This document shows, piece by piece, positions 24,024 through 36,149 of a DNA stretch of 64,000 nucleotides. The notes under the pieces were generated by a model, which worked only from the letters and a program-made list of their open reading frames with translations, did no database searches and was not told where the DNA came from. A program made the translations under genes and the position numbers. The DNA lies in assembly GCA_964016885.1 (NCBI GenBank), contig OZ024742.1, positions 251,968,001-252,032,000 on the forward strand, read 5' to 3'. Origin of the DNA: Eledone cirrhosa (taxonomy: Eukaryota). How positions within the stretch are numbered: the stretch's first letter is position 1; the number at the start of each line of letters is the position of its first letter.

Positions 24024-27000
24024 ATGCCAAAAAAAAAATGGTACTGGAGTTTCTCTCTAATAATTTCTGAGGCAAGCCAACATGCTTTTTATAAATGGCT
24101 GATATTCACATCCATACATACATACACCGATATATATATATATATACATACATACACACACACATTCATATATACATAATGGCTGGCTGTATCTCAGTTT
24201 CAAGAATTGTCATCCTTTAACGTTTTCTTATACATGGGTGGCATGGATATAATATTTTAGCCACAACAAAGACTTAGAATCCTTTCTGCATATGCTGCAA
24301 TAAAAGAAAATAGAAAAGGCAGCCATTGAGTCGCAGGTTTTACATTAGAGTTTTTTATTCTCCTAGAATGATGTCCTAACATACATGTACTTAGTGGGTT
24401 CTGATCCTATGATCTTCATATTCCTCACATATACATATATATATATATATATAATATATTATACAATGGGCTTCCTTACAGTTTCTGTCAACAAAGTTCA
24501 TTCAGAAGGTATTGGTCAACCTTGAGCTACAATAGAAGACACTTGCCCAAAATGGCATGTAATGGGTTTGAACTTGAAACTACATAGTTTTGAAGCAAAC
24601 CTCTTAAGTATTTCAACCAAATAATGTATTGAACAATGCCTGAATTCATGGAGATTCATGGTACTATTGCACTGGTGTACTTGGTACATCTAAAATTCAT
24701 TGTTTCTCCCAGTTTAATATTAAACTTTTAAATCCATCTCATTGCTGGAAATGAGTTTCTATTACACTTCCTGCTTAATTCTAACTCTTAACCTATAATG
24801 ATTAAGTAAAAAAAAAAAATTTAACAATAGGTTCGTTAATTCAAATGTTTATAGTAAGTTTACCAATGTACAATTTGTTGTAAATATGAGTGATATTAGA
24901 GTTAAGACTTCAATTTTTGATGTGAGACAGTTATAGAACTGTTTTACACTTTTTATGAATGTCTTGTTAATGTAATTTAATGTGGTACTGGACATTAAGA
25001 ATTAAATAAGTTTTGGTTATGTTCAAAATTCCTTTACAGGTCTTTGATTCTCTAATGAAAATCAAATCTTCAGCATCTAGTAGCATTAAGGATGAATTAA
25101 GTATCTAAGAATGGAAACTTGGTGAACACTGAAAACAGAGAAACCAAGCATTCCTCCAAATTATTCAGTGATTGAATTGGCCAAAAGACTTAGAAAAAAA
25201 AAAAATCTCAGAAGTGAAAATTGATCAATCAAACTCCTGTAACTATCACAGCCTGTTGTTGGGATGCTACACTACATGATTGAGTAGGTGTCTAGCATTT
25301 CAATGGACCTTAGAAATACTTGGCAATGCAGAAGGGGGAAAAAAGCATATATAAATATTACTACAGATATGTATTCTTTAGTGCAGAAATTGGTTTCTCC
25401 TGTTGACAAAAAAAATTTCAGATTTGTAATGGAGTATAGTCAATTGAATCGATGACATTACAAGCAAATGACAAATTTTTGTCAAGGGTATTTGACTGGA
25501 GACTGTAGATGTACAGCCTAGTATTTAGTTTATCACTCTTGCAGTTGTATTACTACTCCATATTATTTGATGTTTAATAACATTGTATATTATTTCCAGG
25601 CATGAGTTAAGCTTCTATCAATTGGAGATAGATTTGTATAAGATGTAAAACTGCTTTGAAAAATAATCGAGTTGAATAAGAGAAAGAAAAAAAAAACCAG
25701 GCTGAGTACACAGCTCGTTATATACATTGTATTTCAAGATAAGATAGCAAAGATATGCATAGAGAAACAAACACAGAGAGACAAAAATTAACACATTTAT
25801 TACATTTGTTTTAGCTGAGTATTCATTATCATCAAGAACATAGATCTGTGTGTGTGTGTGTTATATTGAAAATAGATATATGTACAATTGAGTTATCTTT
25901 TGCAAAACCTTTAGAATATCTTGTGGTTTTAGTATAATCTATATAATTGTCCATGGGTTATATTTTGATTAAGCATTGTAATTCAAGATACATTCTTGAG
26001 GCTATTACATCTAGTTGAAAGGCACTATTCAATCTTGCATATATTTGTGTGTGTTACAACTAAACTGAGAATGAAATGTTCTGTGGGAGTGAAATTTTGT
26101 GTGTATTTGAAATTACTTAAGTTTTGCCAATATTTCCCATGATATTTGCATCTGATATGAACATAGAAATATGAATATAATAACAATTTCTTTATATAAG
26201 ATTTTGTTATAAAAGGGTAAGAGTAAAGAACCCCTTCAGTTATGAATGAACATAGATTTTGCACCTTGAAAGTTTCCATCTGAGGCACAAGCTCAGACAA
26301 GGTGCTTTCCGAGCAACTAATGTTGTCCAAGGAAAAGGCAACGGCTGCTACAGCTTGTGATCAGTGATGTTGGAACTTATTTTTACAGCTGAGTGAACTG
26401 AAGCAACATAAAATAAAGTGTCCTGCATTTGAACTCACAACCTCATGATTGTGGATCCAACTCTCTTCTAACCATTATGACATGTGCCTTCTCAGCATAT
26501 CACATAAAGGTACAATGAATATTGATAGCATAATTCACCGTGTGTTAATGAAATAATTGTTTCTACTTTAGGCACAAGGCCAGTGCATTACTGGTACTTT
26601 ATTTTATCGACCCCGTAAGGATGAAAGGCAAAGTCAACCTCGGCGGGATTTGAACTCAGATCGTAAAGAGAGGTAACTATGCTGGAAAGCATGGCATGGA
26701 ATTTAAGGTTTTGCTGTATTATTCTTAGAAACTGTTGTAAAATTGACAAGAATACACTACATTGTTGGAATTATTAATAAATATGTGTAAATGTATTTAG
26801 TCTTGCTCTTTGGCTATACATCAAGTTTAATAATTCATTTGTTGTGTGGTTCTTATAATGAGTGATTAAGTTTTAGACACATTTTTATAAGGCCTCTGTG
26901 ACTGGTTAGGGAAAGGAAGAAAAAAGATATCTGAAAAGGCGAGACCTTGCTTGAATATTTGCAACAAAGTGGATTGTACTGAAAGTGCGCAGGGGCTTGG

Positions 27001-27149
27001 TCACAGAAATGTATTGGGTGGGTGAAGAATTAAATCTACTAATAACTTTAGACATAAGCATGACTACAAAGTTAAGAGGTTTGCATTGTAAGCATGTGGT
27101 TCTGAGTTTAAACCTATTGTGTTCCGTAACATCACCTGTAATAATACCC

Positions 27150-27990
27150 TACTTTGTATACATGATATAGAGTTCTATAGAGTTCTATATATTTGATGTC
27201 TACATATTGAGCATGGCCACTTTCCTAATGGAATTAGAGTCTTGTCCTCTTTCCTACTAACTCAGGTTTACTCTGAGACATTTTGATTCTAAGTTCTGTC
27301 TCCACAACAGGAATTTCTTCTCAAGCTCTTCCACAAATTCAGCTATAAGAATCAGGTCTCCAGTATATGGAAGTTTTTATGGGCGACCTGTCTGAAACTC
27401 TTCTGTTATGGCTCGGAGAACTATAATATACAGGAGGAGGCTGAAAAGAGAGACCTAATGAACACCTAGCTGTATCCTGAATTCATCACTTACTGCCACT
27501 TTGCTGCCCACACATGTGTACATGGCTTGCACTACTTTCACAAACCACTCATCTACACCTAGTTTCCTTAAAGATTACCAGTTAACAGACCATGGCATTT
27601 TGTCAAGAATCATCTCCAGATAATGAAAGGTAGAAATAGTGGTTTACACTTAGCTAGGACCTTCTTTTGCATCTCATTTAATTAGTAGCACTAACACTCT
27701 TTCTGTTATTGTCATAACTTGATCAATCAGTTTTATGCCTCTGTAGTTGCTACTTTCTAGTGCATCACCTTTTCCCATGGAAAATTAATGATTATACTGC
27801 TACAACAGTCATTGGGTATGACACCATCATGTATTATCTGATTGATTATGCAGGTGATCAGCTCAACTCCTACTTCCCCCCGATGATTTCAGCACCTCAG
27901 TGATTATCTAATCGTCCAGCAACTTTTCAATTTATCATCTTCTGATTACTTCTTTGCTCAATATCAATAGACGGTTCCTCGGTTGAGGGA
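27150..27990 (-). mobile_element. Old degraded RTE LINE RT fragment
   Basis: Nucleotide similarity to 42420-44110 in the KGDALE..NYRG and IPND regions. Confidence 0.7.
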
Positions 27991-29317
27991 TAGTCTCCTT
28001 TTTATTTTACTGTTTATACAGAATGGACTCTGTTAAAAATACCTACAAGAGGGATTTGAATTCAGAATGCAAGAACCGGAAGAAATACTGTAAGGCATCT
28101 CATCCAATGACCAACAATTCTGCTTATTCACTGCCCTACACAGGTAATTTATTTATTCACCATGAAAGAACAAAAGATAAAGTTGACCTCAGTCAGATTT
28201 GAGCTCAGAGCAGAGAGCTGGATCAAATGCTGCAAAGCATTTTTAATTACACTCAAATGACGCCTAATTTGGTTATATTTTATGTTATATGAATATATAC
28301 ACGTTCAGCATTGAAATTCAACAACTGTATATCTCAAATCAAAATCTGTAACATCACTTTAATGCATATATTTGGAAGATTCTCATACATACAAAAGGGC
28401 TAAATCCTTTTATAGAAAATGGAAAATGTTTAGATATTCACGAACATCAGATATTCATGCATTAATACAGCATAACACACAAAAAAAAAAAACACTCTCC
28501 AAATGCTTAAAACCCATAAGTAAATCAACTGTTTATATACACACACACACTCATAAATATGAGCACATATCTACGTACATGCGTATATTTAACCTACGCA
28601 AGCATGGAAAAGTTGCCATAAAATGGTGATATATATATAGAGAGAGATATATAAACATATCAAACTTATGACAAAATCTCAATTTAGGCGAGTATAAGTC
28701 AGTCTAACTTCTCACTACCATGGTTTCTGGAACAAAGAAACAATATTGATTATTTCATATTATTGGAACAATCAATATTGGAAGAACTTTTTAAATTGAT
28801 ATATATACACACATACACTCTACTGTCCCTAGTATCGAGGACTTAGCTGAATACAGTCTTGCTAGTCTAACTTGCTAACTCCCAATCTCTCTCTATATAT
28901 ATGTATCTATATAGATAAATAACGTTATGTTAGAGATATTGATTTATCGAGATGTTTGAATTTTAAAGAGGGAAATGTATTTTACACATACACACGTATA
29001 TATATATACAGATATAATTGAATATAGCAATGGCGTGAAGGAAAGTGTAGTCTCTTTGCTCGTAATTCAAAGATGAACGTTTAATAGAGACACACAAATT
29101 TAGGCTATAAAGAGACTTAAACAGAGTTATTTCCCTTGGTTTAATTTTTGACTCGTAGTTTTGATGCTTTCAGAAGGTAGAAATTATATTGCATGTTAAA
29201 AAAATAAAATATTAAATATATTTGGTTTTAGTTATTTGAATTGAATTTTTTTTTTAATATAGGAGTTTTATCCTGATTGCACTGAGGATGAGTCAAGAAT
29301 TATTTGAAATATACTTT

Positions 29318-29646
29318 GGAGGCACATGGCTTAGTGGTTAGAGCATTGGCCTTGCAATCGAAAAGTTGTGAGTTCAATTTTCAGACCCGGTGATGTGTTG
29401 TTTCCTTGAGCAAGACACTTTATTTCACATTGCTCCAGTTTACTCAGCTGTAGAAATGAGATGATAGGGACTGGGGTCCATATCATTCCACTGCAAAGTG
29501 GTCGTGGAGGTACCACGGCAAAAAAGCACCCAGCACTCACTGTAAATGAGGTTGGTGTTAAGAAGGGCATCCAGCTGTAGAAATCAAGCCAGAATCAGTT
29601 CCCGTCCCACCCTTGCAAGCAGGGAAAAGCGGACGTAAAAATGATG
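29318..29646 (+). mobile_element. tRNA-derived SINE family B with RTE-type tail, 7-bp TSD
   Basis: A-box tggcttagtggtt, B-box gagttcaattt, core tccttgagcaagacactttatttcac and tail ggaaaagcggacgtaaaaatgatga. TSD atacttt at 29311-29317 and 29647-29653. Related copies at ~7590-, 21960-, 31000+, 34940+, 53215- and 61200-. Confidence 0.88.
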
Positions 29647-29835
29647 ATACTTTCTTCTTCATTGTTATCTCAATATTCACAGAATGAAGGCAATGGTCAG
29701 TATCCTTGATAAGAAATATGGTAACAAAAGAGTTAATGAAGTAATTATATTAATCAAACGGTCTATTTATAGAATGATTGAGCATGTTATGAATTTTGGG
29801 AATTAAATTTGATGAATGCAGGTTTTTTAACTATA

Positions 29836-30725
29836 ACTAGCAGAATGGCCCGGCGTTGCTCGGGATTCTAAATATAGATTGGCCTGTTTATCCCTCCTTT
29901 CTGAAACATTCCAGAGAAGTACGGAATACCTCGGCCTTGTGACTGTCGAATAGCAGATTCCACTGACGATTCATTTGCCCGCCTTGTTCTTATTCTTGCC
30001 GCTTTCGCAGTATTTTGACCAAAGGAGTATCTCTTCCTTTGAGGCATGACCTAAAAGCAGGACAAAGTACACTAAGACTAACTGGTAGAGTAAGGAGTAA
30101 ACTCGTTAGTTGATGCATGTGATTATCCGAACCGTTGACTATGTATGTGCTAAGCCATGAGTGCCGTCTTAACCGGGGCGTGACGTTATAGCTATGTATC
30201 TATCTGCATTACGACATTATGAAAACATTGACTTCGTTATCTGTGTGTGTGTCTATATATGTATATATATAGTGTGTGTGTGTGTATATATAGTGTTAGT
30301 CGAACCAAAGAGGGCTCGATAAGGATAAATATATATCAAATATATAAGAACTCTAGAGCAAATATTGTTCTCATTGCTGACGTATTATCTTCGCTTTTTT
30401 CCATTCATTGCCAGGGAACGTCTTCACGAACCAAAGTATCGTCTTCCTGTTTTCCTTCAGTTGCAACGTTTTTCGAAATATTTACTTCTGTGTTTTATGT
30501 TTTCATAATGTCGTAATGCAGACAGCCAGACATACAGACAGATATTATAAGGATGCGACGTTATGGCTATGTATCTAAAAAGACAGACTAAGAAAGAGAG
30601 AGAGATCGCTAACTGGCGCCTAATGTGGTCCTTAGGGCATTGAAAATTTGAAATATTTTTTGCTCAAAACACTCACACGACCATAAGTATTACATGTGTA
30701 AAGTTTGAAAAAAATTGGTTGAATA
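29836..30725 (+). mobile_element. Probable non-autonomous Helentron/HINE-like element
   Basis: Starts actagcagaatggcccggcgttgctcggg (short subterminal hairpin typical of these elements), has an internal inverted segment and microsatellites, and contains a catgtgtaaagtttgaaaaaaattgg motif. No coding capacity. Confidence 0.45.
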
Positions 30726-32320
30726 GATGAATCATGGTTAACTGATGAATTGATAAACGGTGAAATTGACAATCATTGAGTGATCAATGACTAATCCATC
30801 TTTTGAATAAAATCATTAGACTCTCCCAATTCATTAGTCAATTTCTCTCATGAGTCCTGGGTCAACGTGAAGCTATAGTAGAAGAGATTTACCCAAGTTA
30901 CCATGAAGTGTGATTGAACCAGGAACCATGATTGGAAAATGAACTTCATAACAGCACAGTCATCCTATCTTTAATATTAACATATTGTATCTATTTAAGA
31001 CGTGTGGTTTACAGTGGCTAGATGTTGGGTTCACATTCGTGATTTTTTTAGTGACTCCTGGACCAGGTGATGTGTTGTGTCCCTGATCAAGACACTTTAT
31101 TTCATGTCACTCCAGTTCACTCAACTGTAGAAATTAGTTGCGATGTCACTGGTACCAAGCTACATTGGCCTTTGACTTTCCCTCAGACAACATATATAGT
31201 GTATATGTAAGCTGTAACATCACTGGTGCCAAGCTTTTAACTTTCCTTGGACAACATTGGTGGCATGGAGAGGAGAGGCCGGCATTCATGGGCGACTGCT
31301 GGTCTTCCACAAAAACACCTTGCCCGGGCTTGGACCTTAGAGGGGAACTTTCTAGGTGCAAAGCCCATGGTCATTTGTGACTGAAGGGGTCTTTACCTTT
31401 TATATTTATTTGTGGCAGATTATGCACTAACATGACTTAGTTCCTTCCAAAGTTTCCTACTTTGTGTGCCTTCATATAATTCACATATATTTAGAACAGA
31501 CCATTTATAGATATTATCTCGTCAGTGCCTTGGTGGTCTCCCCTTATTTCTTTTACCCTGAATCATACCCTCCATAAATGTTTTAGAAATACATTTTGTG
31601 AACGTTTTATATGACCAAAGAACTTCAGGACTTTGTTTTTGCTGATGTACAACATAGGAACTAGCTTAGCAGCTTTTAGATGATCCACAATTCTTATATG
31701 GTCAAGTAGTTTGTAGTTTGTCATGAACCTCATAATACAGTTTTGAAAGGTCACGACTTTGCTAATCATGGATGAGGATAAATATAAACTAAACATGATT
31801 AAGTGCGGTAACAAAATTGCCACAAACAATTATAGAAATTTGTGAACAAGAAATATAAAAAAATAACTATGATAATTGTACTAGTTTAGGTTCTTCCTGG
31901 CATATCAAAAATATATTAGTAGTCTCAAACTGATTTTGCAGAAGTCAGTGTTTACATCAATTTAGTGGACTAAAAAGAAGATTAAGGTATTTTCTAGTAT
32001 ATTTAACTTAAAATAAAATATATCAAGCTAATAAAATCGTTTCAACATGCTAGCAATTTCAAGCAAAAATAAAAAAAAAATGTTATATATATATATGTGT
32101 TTAATAATGTTCCCTGTTCAATTTTTATATATTTATTCTTTTTTTTATTTAGTTCAACTGTAGATTTGGATGTACCTGTACATTGTGAGTGCATCATGCT
32201 ACAGAGATACAATTAAGGTGATCTGTTCTGAATGTACTACATTGAAACATGCTTGATGCCAATGACTGAAGTGTTTCACAAGACAGAAGAATTATCACAA
32301 ATTATGTTTCATATACATAC

Positions 32321-32402
32321 CAGCGTCTGTAATAGATTATAAAAATGGTCATGACAATAATGAAAGCAACCACAAGACCAACTATCGGACCAACCACAGT
32401 GC
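32321..32402 (-). CDS. Host gene, transmembrane exon
   Basis: tattttattacag|GC ... CGC TG|gtatgt, 82 nt, phase 1 in and phase 2 out. Encodes (G)TVVGPIVGLVVAFIIVMTIFIIYYRR(W), a hydrophobic helix followed by basic stop-transfer residues. Confidence 0.88.
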
Positions 32403-32611
32403 CTGTAATAAAATAATATATATATATATAAACAAATAATAAAATATTATAAAGACATTATGAGGGATATACTTAAACAGGTAAATGGGAGCAAGCAGAC
32501 ATTAAAGAGAGAGAGAGGGAGAGAAAGAGCGAGAGAGAGAGAGAGAAGGGGGGAGAGGTGAAAAGAAAGAGATATTTACAGGGTGGGTGGAAAGAAACTC
32601 CCTATAGAAAA

Positions 32612-32772
32612 TTACTTTGGTCTACTGTGACCACTTGGGACAACATCAATGACCTCATATTCATGCGAGTTGGGCTCCTCTTCATTTTGCACGCACTGTC
32701 TGTGAATGGTTTGATGTCTAATTTCTAGGATGTTGGCTGGATTGTCAAGGTCCACATGAATGCGATTATTTC
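32612..32772 (-). CDS. Candidate alternative (non-TM) exon of the host gene
   Basis: Strong acceptor ttttgaacttcttcttcgcccacag|GA. The phase-1 frame is open for 52 codons (GNNRIHVDLDNPANILEIRHQ...EEEPNSHEYEVIDVVPSGHSRPK*). No transcript evidence is available. Confidence 0.35.
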
Positions 32773-33128
32773 CTGTGGGCGAAGAAGAAGTTCAAAACCA
32801 AAAATTCTGGCTCAATTGGAGGAACACATTTGTTATGTACTGACCAACATACTGCCTGAGTTTCTGATGAAGTCAGTTGAAGATATACCCAAATGATTAC
32901 AAACACTGGTGGATAACACTGGTGCTTATGTAGAATTTTAATACTGTACTGAACTTCTACTATTATGCTGTTCAAAATAAATCAGGTTAATAAAGTTATT
33001 AACAATTTTAAATAGTTTCCTTCCACCCACCCTATAGATATAGATAACTACATACAGAGAAATGAGACAACAATGAATCTAGAGAGAGAGATAATTGTTT
33101 ACAGCTTAATATCATTATATGCATATTT

Positions 33129-33520
33129 AGTCCATGCTGTAAGATGTTTGTGCTAGTGACACAACAAAAAGTGGCCAGTCCACCCTGTAAGGTAGTTGTG
33201 CTAGCGACATGAGAAAAAGTGGCCAGTCCACCCTGTAAGGTGGTCATGCTGGTGACATGAGAAAAAGTGGCCAGTCCATCCTGTAAGGTGGTCATGCTGG
33301 CGACATGAGAAAAAGTGGCCAGTCCATCCTGTAAGGTGGTCATGCTGGTGACACAACAGAAAGTGACCAGTCCATCCTGTAAGGTAGTTGTGCTGGCGAC
33401 ATGAGAAAAAGTGGCCAGTCCACCCTGTAAGGTGGTCATGCTGGCGACATGAGAAAAAGTGGCCAGTCCACCCTGTAAGGTGGTCATGTTGGTGACAATA
33501 AAAAGTCACTTAGTCCATAC
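33129..33520 (+). repeat. 48-bp minisatellite (~7-8 units) amplified from an internal SINE B module
   Basis: Unit gacatgagaaaaagtggccagtccaccctgtaaggtggtcatgctggc runs directly into ttaggaagggcatccagct and the SINE/RTE tail at ~33535-33657. Confidence 0.85.
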
Positions 33521-34130
33521 TATAATGTGATTGGTATTAGGAAGGGCATCCAGCTATTGAAAGCAAGATGTGGTCATCTGACCTGACTTGTTACATAACA
33601 TGACAACCTGTCTAATCTATATAAGTATGAAAAATGGATGTTAAAGGGTGATGATGACAGTATATCATTGGTGGGTGTTGTTACAAAATGTGTTATTATG
33701 CTGAACCATATCTCTCTATCTTCCTAGTCTTTTTTTTTTATTTAGAGTATAATTTTTTTCTATCAGTATAATTGAATGATGAGGTATTTTTAAATGCAGT
33801 AAAGTCTTGTGGATCAGTTAGTCTCCAGGAGATTCATATGCCAAAATTCATTGAATAACTAAGCCTTTACAGACTGACCCTGTCCAGATGGTTAAAAAGG
33901 CATGGTATCTTTTTTGTTTTAAATCCAAATTTCTCTAGTTTGTAACACACAAAAAGGATTGTTGATTAGTTATTCATTTCTTTTAACTTAATTTCTAAAA
34001 AGGAAATAAATTGGAAATTTATTACATAACTTTTATGTATAAAAAATTCTGACCTGAAAGCTACCAAAGTAGTTTTCTCTTGGAAATAAATCCAAGTGAA
34101 ACTGATTTTTTAAAAAACAAAAGTGCATAT

Positions 34131-34350
34131 TAATAATGAAATTATTGTGTATTGTGCTCAGGTGCACTACAACTCGTCAAAGGTGCATGTATAGTACATA
34201 GAATAATGTACAAATATCAGGAAAGTGAACAGTGTATGAGTTATGATATACATGTGTGCGTGTGTATGGAGGAGGGATATCAGGTATAGTGTTGGCGAAT
34301 TTCAGGAAGCATGGAGGTTTTAAAGGATGCAGTGTCTTGGCAGCTAACAT
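34131..34350 (-). mobile_element. Short 3'-end copy of CR1-group LINE
   Basis: taataatgaaattattgtgt..gtgctcaggtgcactacaactcgtcaa terminus shared with 36046. Similar copies at 41339-41691 and 51888-52088. Confidence 0.85.
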
Positions 34351-35316
34351 TGTAAATAATTGTGGATGTATACCATCAATAATGACGGCAATAGTGTTTG
34401 AATGTATTTAATTTTTAGGGTTCTGGATCAGTATGCCATATATACCAGGATTACTGGATTGTTTAAGAGAAACTCTATAGTTTATGTTAATTACTGATAT
34501 GTGGAAGTGATTAAAGATAAGAATGATATAATTACATAATGATATAATTACATAAATGTTCAGCATATATGTAGAAACAACATAGAGGACTATCTGAGTA
34601 ACTTTGGAGAATTAATTATTTATCGGGTCAAATGTCGGGTAAGAAGGCAGGTCATGACTGGAAAGCAAACTCCTAATTGCAGCATCATCACTAATATAAG
34701 ATATGACTTATGTGTATGTCTGTGTTTGTAAATTTTAAAGAGTTACAAACAAACGTGACATATTATTATGGATGATTATCTGTTAATATCATCAAAGACT
34801 ATGCCATTGATTGACTTCAATTACATTTTTAACAATAACTCCTGATATTTACCTTCCAGGTTTTCCTTTAATTGTAGTTAGGTTTTATAAAGAGGAAAAG
34901 GGCTATATTTTTTATGAAGATGTCAAGTAGTTTTCTTGTGAGTTCAATTCTCGGACTGGGTGATGAGTTGTCCTTGAGCAAGACACTTTATTTCACGTTG
35001 CTCCAGTTTACTCAGCTGTAGAAATGAATTGTGACATCACTGGTGCCAAGCTGTATCAGCCATAGCCTTTCCCCTAGACAACATCAGTGGCATGGATAGG
35101 GGAGGCTGGTATGCATGGGCGACTGCTGGTTATGCTCAAACAACCTTACCCGGACTTGTGCCTTAGAGGGGAACTTTCTAGGTGCAAATCACATGGTCAT
35201 TTGTGACCGAAGAAGGCCTTTGAAGGACTGTAGTTACATTTTTGGTAATTAACCCTTTTGATACCAAAACGCTTGAAACTGCCCTTGGTTCTACAATACA
35301 ATGCTGCTTATTTTAA

Positions 35317-35537
35317 CCCTTTAGCATTTACATTACTCTATATATACTATTGTATTTTTGTGATAAAGGCTTTATTTCACATAATTATCTCACTAAATAT
35401 CGGATCTGTGAGATTTTGATATTATTCATTTTGAGAACAATACCTTAACATAAGTATGAGTGGCCAGTTACAACTGGTTTGAACAGAAAGAGGTGAGAGA
35501 ATTCTGGCCAGATACAGCTGGTTTAAATGCTAAAGGG
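35317..35537. mobile_element. piggyBac-like MITE family A (221 bp)
   Basis: TIR CCCTTTAGCATTTA / TAAATGCTAAAGGG, flanked by TTAA at 35313-35316 and 35538-35541. Confidence 0.88.
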
Positions 35538-35616
35538 TTAAAACGCTTATATTTATCCAAAATCTTTCATCATGATTTTATGTAATAATCTTTTTTATGT
35601 TTCAAACACCAGTTTA

Positions 35617-35820
35617 ACCCTTTACTCTATATATACTATTGTATTTTTGTGGTAAAGGCTTTATATTACATAAATATCTGATATATCGAATTTATGACAT
35701 TTTGATGTTATTTATTTTGAGAGCAATACTTTAACATCAGAATGAGCGGCCAGTTACAGCCAATTTGAACAGAAAGAGCTGAGAGAATTCTAGCCGGATA
35801 TGGCTGGTATAAATGCTAAA
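35617..35820. mobile_element. piggyBac-like MITE family A, second copy (damaged ends)
   Basis: Internal sequence homologous to 35317-35537 and preceded by TTAA. Confidence 0.8.
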
Positions 35821-36149
35821 ACATTATTGAAAACATTATTGTATACACTTGTGTAAAATTCGAATTTTTTAGACCATTTATTAAGGTTAAATTTATGGGG
35901 TCAACTAGTACATGGATACTACTTTTGAGGAGCTTGAAATTGAAGCTAGTATCCAAAGTACTGTTATCAGTAGCCAAAGCCCACCTGATCTCTTTATGAA
36001 TAAAAACAAAAACACATTGAATTACAGTAATATTACTGATCCTATAATAATAATGAAATTATTGTGTAAAGTGCTCAGGTGCACTACAACTCGTCAATAT
36101 AGTACATAGAATAATACACAAATGCCAGGGAAGTACATGTTTGTATGTG

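Noticed and set aside
29331-29570. Duplicated 79-aa ORF (also 61274-61513) as a gene pair
   Set aside because: Both are antisense translations of SINE B copies.
33032-33509. 151-aa and 102-aa repeat ORFs as a mucin-like host exon, or the array as CRISPR-like
   Set aside because: The units are contiguous with no unique spacers and derive from a SINE module. The 48-bp unit length explains the open frames, and I saw no convincing splice sites.
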